From: Octopus vulgaris
Lineage: Eukaryota
Assembly: GCA_951406725.2 (NCBI GenBank)
Contig: OX597831.1
Location: 50,902,001-50,966,000 of the forward strand
DNA: 64,000 nt
Direction: 5' to 3'
In this document: positions 55,029 to 64,000 of the stretch, piece by piece
Layout: the number at the start of each line of letters is the position of its first letter
How positions within the stretch are numbered: the first letter of the stretch is position 1
Notes under the pieces: generated by a model
Told to the model about the DNA's origin: nothing
Seen by the model: only the letters and a program-made list of their open reading frames with translations
The model's database searches: none
Translations under genes and position numbers: made by a program

Positions 55029-56503
55029 TAAATCTGACGATTTTTTTTGTTTCCTTTTTGCAAGAAGAGCTTGATGTATTAGTAAACAATCTTCGAACTA
55101 TCCCATATAAACTAAAAAATGTTTCAGCTGTTTAGTCCACTCTGGCTATAAATTACTTAATTTTCTTTGACCTTCACATAGTTTTTAATCAAAAAGTATT
55201 TTATCTGATATATATTCATACGGAACTTGGAATTCAGTCATTGAAATTCAACTGATGTCAGGAGGTTTTCAGTTTTAGCCTTTAAAACTAAGGTTCAGGA
55301 CCAGTACCGAGAGCTAATCACTATTGACTATTTTGTATCTGATAAAATATTTGGGGACCAACTAGAATAATATATTTGTATCTAGAGCCGATACTTAGCA
55401 ATAAACTTATACTTGTTGATGTTGTTGCTTAACCAAAAATCGGTCTTGAGTGAGCAGATCTATGACCATAGACATTTCATACGTAATCATTCTGTGTTTT
55501 CTTTTAGTCATAGTCTAACGAGGGCCACACTATCCAACGTGTCCTTCTTTTAAGAAGAAATATTGTGATATGAAAGTCTAACTGCTATATCTAGTAAGGA
55601 GAGCTAGCATCAAGAAGCTCATCTTTTTTCCTCGTTGTCCATCTTTTACTTTAGCCTTATTCTTACGTTTGTCAACCTTCTTCAAAAAGGAAAACAAATT
55701 CTAAGTGTTTTTTGCATTTATTTTATTTTCGACTTTAAATCTAACTATCATTAGTTTCTATCATATAATTATGTAAGTCTACTGTGGATATTTTATTTCA
55801 TTTTTCTAATATCAAATTCTTCTTCAAACTTTTCCTGTTCGCGGTAAATAAGAGTTTGTCAATGTCCGTTCTTATGTACAGCATTTTAAATACAGTTATT
55901 AAATTTCTTTCTTTCTCTCTTTTGTCTCGCTAATTTTCTGTCCAAAACCACAAAACTGCAACACCACAGGAAAGGAATTAATATCAATTACTTTCTTCTT
56001 AACTCTTTCACTGTCCTGAATTCTTTACTTTATTGCGTCAGCAAAATTTGTTTAATGTTTTTTTGGTATAGATTTTAGCAATTTTTTTTATTGTTTGTTC
56101 TATTGGCAAGAGCCTTTGTTGCATTTCCATGTACTAAAATAACATTCACTAAACCTTTTATTTTGGGGAAAAACCCTTGAAATACCTTCCATATCTCGTA
56201 AAGCACTTACATAAGAATTAATTAATATGTGTGTGGCTTAGTGGTGAGGGTATTGCACTTACGATTACGAGATCATGGGTTCGATTCCCAGATGGGGCGT
56301 TGCGTTGTGTTCTTGAGCAAAGCACGTTGCTATGCGATCATTTCATCGTCTGACATGTGGCACATGGTGTACCTGTACAGGTAATATCGATTTGATGTAG
56401 GGAGTGAGCTTATATGTACACAAAAAATTTATCAATATAAACAAATCATCCTTGAGGGTGTTCGGCAAATTCTTGCCGAACCTTCATACGTCGGGAGAGT
56501 CCA

Positions 56504-56566
<63 letters not shown>

Positions 56567-57006
56567 CATACATACATACATACATACATACATACATACA
56601 TACATACATACATGAGAGGGTACATGACCTAGTGGTTAAAGGGCTACATTCACGATCACAAGATCGTTGCTTTCAATTACTCAATTGGCTGGTTCCTTGT
56701 GTTCTTGAACAAAATGCTTCATTTCACGTTGCTATAACTACTTGGTTGCGGGTGCCGAAACAAATAGCATTAAACTGATGCTACAGAACAAAAGGTCTAA
56801 TTGTTACAAATGTGGGAGTGAAAACCCCTTGAAGACATTGTGCCCTAAAGAACTGGAAGTTCTTTATTGTACGTTTTACACAGACGTCTGTTCATAACTC
56901 ATTCAAAATTTTGTCGTCTCTCCAGTATTTGTGTTGTTTCTACACCCGTTTTTTTTTTAAATTCTTATACTTAGGGGTCTATTGTCTCATCTCCTTACCC
57001 ATAATA

Positions 57007-57440
57007 GGCGTAGGAGTGGGTGTGTGGTAAGTAGCTTGCTTACCAACCACACGGTTCCGGGTTCAGTCCCACTGCGTGGCACCTTGAGCAAGCGTTTTCT
57101 GCTATAGCCTCGGGCCGACCAAAGCCTTGTGAGTGGATTTGGTAGACGGAAACTGAAAGAAGCCCGTCGTATATATGTATATGTATATATATATATATGT
57201 GTGTGTGTGTGTTTGTTTGTGTGTCTGTGTTTGTCTCCCCTACATCGCTTTACAACCGATGCTGGTATGTTTACGTCCCTGTAACTTAGCGGTTCGGCAA
57301 GAGAGACCGATAGAATAAGTACTAGGCTTACAAAGAATAAGTGCTGGAGTCGATTTGCTCGACTAAAGGCGGTGCTCCAGCATGGCTGCAGTCAAATGAC
57401 TGAAACAAGTAAAAGAGTAAAAGAGAGAGAAAGAGTAAAG
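57007..57440 (+). mobile_element. SINE family B, full length
   Basis: tRNA-like head, internal (TA)n(TG)n, 3' body ending in (gtaaaaga)n. Confidence 0.9.
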
Positions 57441-58735
57441 ACTATAATCGGCATAGAGGCGATACATCCTCCTTATCTGTATGCCTTTTTGATTGTCCGT
57501 GTTCTTATAGCCTGTTCTTGGGCTGCCATTACAGTGCCTCCTGTGGCTTTCTTTAAATTCCCCTTCCTTTACTAACCCCAACTCTGAATGCTTCTGTATG
57601 TGGTGTTTCTGAAGAAAATTTCATATTTTCACTTTTTCTTCACCACGTTCCATATCTTTTCTCGCCTTCCTAAGATTTATTGTTCCTTTTTTTTTTTTAC
57701 AGATCTCAACAATTTGTTTTTATTTCTTGATACACACTTGTATAGCTATTATTTCTTTATTACAACACAATCTTCTGTGAGACCTGGCCAGTTTTCAAGA
57801 AACCTAGTTTATTATGTTTGTTATTGTCGTTGTTGTTGTTATAACCATACTACATCATTACTTTCAGATCACAAAACCAAATATCTACCTTGAATGTTTA
57901 ATCTAGATGACTAGGCGTATTTTGTTTTCATAAATGACCGTCATTCTCAGTCATGTCGTGTTTACACAGATTTTCGTTCTTTTAATCTGAGCTGATATGT
58001 TTTACGACTCAAACACAGACTCAGATAAATACGTAAACTTACACATACTCACACACATACACTCACATAAATACGCAAATTTACGCACACACGTGCACAT
58101 AAATACGCAAGATTACACCAACACGCACACAAACAAAGAAACACAAGCACAAAAATACACACAATAAACAAGGATACGTTCATCAGCTGGAAATTCCAGC
58201 TTGGCTCTCCAGACTAAGGTTAAACATGTTTCTAATCTTCCTTGGAAAATTTTCATCTTTGACAATATAATAACTGTCAAGAAACATTTTTTTTTCCCAA
58301 TTTCAGGAAAAGAATGAATTCCATTTTTGTATATTGAAATAAAAGGCCACAAACTGGAAAAATACAAAACTAAATTACAAATACTGTCCGATAATTTCAT
58401 AGCTAGGTTTGATGATTTGCAGGTACTTCTCTAATTCACGAATTTTCTGTTTACACAACTAGTGAAAGTGACACTAATGAAATTACAGGTAAACCAGGAT
58501 AGTTATTATAGCTTTGCTTTATGCTTTGGCCAGATCGTTACTGAGACAAAATAAATATCATTAGACATATATAAGGGTTTTTTACTCTCCTTGAATTTTA
58601 TTTCTAACACTTGAATTTTGCGTTATTGAATTGTAACCATGCAAATTTTTCTTAGATGTTCCTGCGATTCTTTACCGTACTAAATATGCTCGATATAGTT
58701 TAAACAACCACCAGTCAGAATTTTAATAACAATAT

Positions 58736-58771
<36 letters not shown>

Positions 58772-58777
58772 GTGTTT

Positions 58778-58924
58778 GTGGTAAGAAGCTTGTTTCCCAA
58801 CCACATAGATCCGGGCTCAGTCCCACTGCGTGGCATCTTGAGCAAGTGTCTTCAACTGTAGCCTCGAGCCGACTAAAGCCTTGTGAGTAGATTTGGTAGA
58901 CGAAAACTGAAAGAAGCCCGTCGG

Positions 58925-58959
<35 letters not shown>

Positions 58960-59165
58960 TGTATTTATGTATCTGTGTCTTTGCATTTGTGTTTGTCCTT
59001 CCCCTCCCACAATCACTTAACAACCGATGTTGATGTGTTTACGTCCTCGTAAGCTAGCGGTTCGGCAAAAGAGACCGATAGAATAAGTACTAGAATTACA
59101 AAGAATAAATGCTGGGGGCGATTTGTTCGATTAAAACCTCAAATGGCTGATAAAATAAAAGAATA
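58778..59165 (+). mobile_element. SINE family B (diverged)
   Basis: Similarity to 57007-57440. Confidence 0.85.
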
Positions 59166-59421
59166 AAAAATATATAGTAACTAGCGGAACCCCTGAATAT
59201 TTCACAGAATTAATGGTAAACTTATTGGGTTATTCCTGAAAACCTTATCCAAAAAAACCTGAAAGCATAGCCTATGTCATTTCTGTATCAAAAGATAGTC
59301 GCTCATCTGTTATTCATTGAAAAGTGAAGGAACTTGGAATACGATGATTGATTAATGCATTTTAGATGTGTAATTTATATACTTTATGCACAATTTTATA
59401 GACTTAATACACACACACATA

Positions 59422-59837
59422 TACTCTTTTACTCTTTTACTTGTTTCATTCATTTGACTGCGGCCATGCTGGAGCACCGCCTTTAATCGAACAACTCGAC
59501 CCCGGGACTTATTCTTTGTAAGCCCAGTACTTATTCTATCGGTCTCTTTTTGCCGAACCGCTAAGTGACGGGGACATAAACACACCAACATCAGTCGTCA
59601 AGCGATGTAGGAGAGACAAACACAGACACACAAACAAACACACACACATATATATATATACATATACATATATACGACGGGCTTCTTTCAGTTTCCGTCT
59701 ACCAAATCCACTCATAAGGCTTTGGTCGGCCCGATGCTATAGTAGAAGACACTTGCCCAAGGTGCCACGCAGTGGGACTGAACCCGGAACCATGTGGTTG
59801 GTAAACAAGCTACTTACCACACAGCCACTCCTGCGCC
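59422..59837 (-). mobile_element. SINE family B, full length
   Basis: Similarity to 57007-57440. Confidence 0.9.
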
Positions 59838-59862
59838 TATATACATACATACATACATACAC

Positions 59863-59963
<101 letters not shown>

Positions 59964-61814
59964 TGAGCGTCTGTTGTGATTTCCTCTTCTACATCAAGAG
60001 AACTTCCAATGTTATGTTGTGCAGAAACACTTGGGGGTTATTACAAAGGACTATATACTATTTATCCCATGACAGACATCAAAATTTAAGTAAACGACAA
60101 AAATAATTAAACCACTTTCTATTGGGTTACTAAAATGACAGCTCGTGAATATTTAATTCGTAAAAATTTCAGAGTAGCAGCTTAAAAATATAACCATAAT
60201 CGTTATTTTTCCTTTACATCACTAATGAACAATTATAAATGCTACATTTGTAATCTTGTTGATGGTTCGTTCATTTCTTCCCTTTTCCTCTTGTTTTTAA
60301 AATTGCATTTAAGAATTAAATTAACTGAATTGAATAAACACACATAAAAATAATGACAATATCGAAGCCGAGTCTAAAAGTAAAAATAACATAGAATTAT
60401 ATGGAATAGTTTTCAATTTTTCATTGAGTTGTCTTTAGGCGAAGATATGAGTATTTGTTCACAACAAAAATGTCTTCCAACAGTATATCTCTCATGTGGA
60501 AAATAGTCGTACGCGCGAGAGAGAAAATACGGGTTGAGCATAACATGTCATTAGAGAATAAGAAATATAATGTGATCAATTCAACACTGAAAATTTTGTT
60601 GCTTTTTTTTTTTTGGTTTTGGTTTTTCTATAAAACAAAGACAGAATTTTCAAGCATGAAGTCAATATCGCGCAATAAAATATTTATCATTTCTATTCAT
60701 TGAAAATGTCTTCCTTTGTTTAAATTTTATGAAGCTTTCTTTTATTCCATTTTTTAGGATATTTCTATTTTCATTTCTTATATCGGGTTAATGTCTTATA
60801 ATTACATTCCATTTATAATATTTTTTAAATATATTTGAAGAAATAAGAAAATTATTGTAATGGATGCGTATTTACAAACAATATATATTTCTTTAATAGC
60901 AACAACAATGTATCTTGGTAGAATATTCATGAACGAAAGCGGATAATGATAGAGAGGAATCGAAGATGGCCGGGCAATTGTACTGATCAATAAGTTACAG
61001 GTTCGTACCCCTCGGCGAGGCTGTGTGGTAAATAAATACCAGAGGATCACTGGGGTCGATGTAATCGACTTACCTCATCATTCGAATGTAAATAATGTAA
61101 ATAATAATGTACAATATTAAAAGGTATATAAAATAGTGATGAGGCAAAGTCATTAAAGCGTTAGAGAAAATGCTTTGTGATATTTAACTAGGGAATTTTG
61201 TTCTGAGTTCAAATCCGGCAGAGGTCAACTTTGGTCTTTTGGGGTGGTTCGATCGATGAAATAAAGAACCAAAAATGTAATGGATTGATATAATAGACCA
61301 CACACCTTCTTGCAAAATAATTTGAGGCCTTGTGCTAATCTCAAAAATCTATATTAAAAGATTAATCAACCGTTATCATAACCACGAAAACTATATGATT
61401 TCTCTCTTACCGTAAAATGGAGCTTTTTTTTTTTTTTGCAACTGGAATTCTTTGAAAGCATTGAATAAAATCCAAAACGTATATACGATAAATAATAAAC
61501 GATAACCATTATTAGAGTCGTAATTATGGTTTCAAATTTTGGTACATGTTAGGGGAAGTTGATTATCAATTACATTTACCCAGTGCTCAGTTGGCACTTA
61601 TTTTATCCACCGTGATGGGCTTTTAACTCAGAACCAAGAATGTAATGAGTCAGACATAATACTGTTAGGGATTATGTTTGTCACTCTAACGATTCTGTCA
61701 GCTTTCCACCTTTAAGGATCGTAATTATAAAACTTTATTATTCACCTCAATTTATCGTCAAACTACCGATGTTTTTTTACTATTCTCATTTCTGGAAGCA
61801 AATTTACCAGCAAC

Positions 61815-62385
61815 ATAGAGGAGACAAACAAGGACAGACAAAGAGATTAAGTCGATTACATCGACCCCAGTGCGTAACTGGTATTTAATTTATCGACCCC
61901 GAAAGGATGAAAGGCAAAGTCGACCTCGGCGGAATTTGAGCTCAGAACGTAGCGGCAGACGAAATACCTATTTCTTTACTACCCACAAGGGGCTAAACAC
62001 AGAGGGGACAAACAAGGACAGACAAACGGATTAAGTCGATTACATCGACCCCAGTGCGTGACTGGTACTTAAGTTATCGACCCCCGAAAGGATGAAAGGC
62101 AAAGTCGACCTCGGCGGAATTTGAGCTCAGAACGTAGCGGCAGACGAAATACCTATTTCTTTACTACCCACAAGGGGCTAAACACAGAGGGAACAAACAA
62201 GGACAGACAAACGGATTAAGTCGATTACATCGACCCCAGTGCGTGACTGGTACTTAATTTATCGACCCCGAAAGGATGAAAGGCAAAGTCGACCTGGGCG
62301 GAATTTGAACTCAGAACGCAGCGGCAGACGAAATACCACAAAGCATTTCGCCCGGCGTACTAACGTTTCTGCCAGCCCGTCACCT
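61815..62385 (-). mobile_element. SINE family A with about three tandem 184 bp units
   Basis: Same aaagaaataggtatttcgtc junctions as 25161-25820. Confidence 0.9.
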
Positions 62386-62690
62386 TGTATTTTATCTACA
62401 AGTATTTTATCTACTTGTTCTTTTGTGATACAACAGTACAGCTGACAACATTTAATCTTTTATGTCATTCTTGAACAGTGACATATATCTGTTTTGTCAG
62501 ATGAAATGTAAGTGCAACTAAAGCAGAAATTACAGGAATTACTTATATAAAGTTACCAAATATTACAAAACTCTGATATTAGTTACTTGCTAACAGTTGT
62601 TTTCTTCTTCATTTTCTATTTTCACTCACATTGTCAACGACGTCTACCAAACAACAAACAGAAGTATTTCTCATAGAAACTTCATATACA

Positions 62691-62855
62691 GGCGCAGGAG
62701 TGGCTGTGTGGTAAGTAGCTTGCCTACCAACCACATGGTTCCGAGTTCAGTCCCACTGCGTGGCACCTTGGGCAAGTGTCTTCTACTATAGCCTCGGGCC
62801 GACCAAAGCCTTGTGAGTGGATCTGGTAGACGGAAACTGAAAGAAGCCTGTCGTA

Positions 62856-62907
<52 letters not shown>

Positions 62908-63108
62908 TGTGTGTGTTTGTGTGTCTGTGTTTGTCCCCTAGCATTGCTTGACAACCGATGTTGGTGTGTTTATGTCCCCGTTACTTAGCGGTTCGGCAAA
63001 AGAGACCGATACAATAAGTACTGGGCTTACAAAGAATAAGTCCCGGGGTCGAGTTGCTCGACTAAATGCGGTGCTCCAGCATGGCCGCAATCAACTGACT
63101 GAAACAAG
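62691..63108 (+). mobile_element. SINE family B
   Basis: Similarity to 57007-57440. Confidence 0.9.
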
Positions 63109-63134
63109 ATACTGTTTAGTCGGGTTACCAAAGA

Positions 63135-63800
63135 ACTAATGACGATGTCTTCGGCGTATATTAACTTAAAATTGATTTCTGATTGCTCAATATTTACTTA
63201 ATCCATTCTTTATAGAAATGTTGCGTTCCCATAGAACTACTCCTCATCCACTCTGAAGTAATATCGGTAAAGGAGTCAAACATCAATCCTTCTGTCGCCA
63301 GATCGATAGATGGCCAGTATAATTTAGAGAGATGTGTGTTACTTGGAAGATTTAACTGCAGAACGGAATGAAAATGGAGCTAATCATCAACATCGGCGCC
63401 ACCTTCATCATCTCCACAATCACAACCATCGCAATCAACACTATATCACAACCTTCATCATTCCTTTATGATCGCCTTTAGAAGCAATGTCGCCACTTTT
63501 AAATATAACGTTTAACTGCCTGAATAAAGTGCTTTTGTTGAATCGATCATTGCATGTACCACCTCAAAATGTATGCATCTGTAATGGCTATCGACGTAAA
63601 CTATCCTTTTCCAATTCCCATTTCAATTTTTCTTAGGAACTTATAGCTACGCAGTAATATAGATTCAGAGACAAAATTGCACGTCAAAACTTAATTAGAA
63701 ATATTTCCGACAGACATCTATCCATCTGCTGACAACATTTTAGCTGCTTGCAATGACTTTAATATATTATCTGCTATCTGCAAGAATAAGAGCTAGCTGT
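63135..63800 (-). pseudogene. Possible ancient LINE RT remnant
   Basis: Weak motifs in expected order: MIDSTKALYS (cf. FIDFxKAFDS) and IYAEDIV (cf. YADD). Confidence 0.3.
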
Positions 63801-64000
63801 GCAAATCTATGATCGAAGATATTACAGCCAACACCATCCTGTTTTCCCCCCAGTCTAGATTATCCATTGAGTTGCCGTTTTTTTTAACACGGTATGGTGT
63901 GATATGGATGAGTTTGGGCTGCTATTTCTTGCCAGTTGTTGATAATGTTACCGATATCGTTACAGTTCTTATCACTGAATTGTTTTTTAATGAAGCTATT

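Overview
AT-rich eukaryotic, repeat-saturated DNA with no intact host gene recognisable. The SINE repertoire and microsatellite load suggest a cephalopod, probably Octopus (inference). Almost all listed ORFs are microsatellite or SINE read-throughs. Real coding remnants are all transposon-derived: an internally deleted mariner, a Penelope-like element (PLE; RT + GIY-YIG), a hAT transposase, several R4/Dong-like RLE LINE pieces next to (TAA)n, an RTE 3' end, a Tc1/mariner C-terminus and a Helitron helicase fragment beside a 2.5 kb 26-bp satellite. At least four tRNA-derived SINE families and several MITEs are present. The most striking pattern is a set of hammerhead-ribozyme (HHR) motifs in non-coding elements with inverted ends: a 3.9 kb fold-back with an intact HHR in each arm, a 549 bp fold-back whose arm starts at a predicted cleavage site, and a tRNA-headed SINE-like element with an HHR tail inserted in the PLE. 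Together they suggest a family of non-autonomous, PLE-mobilised ribozyme elements. Coordinates were read by eye and boundaries of degenerate elements are approximate.
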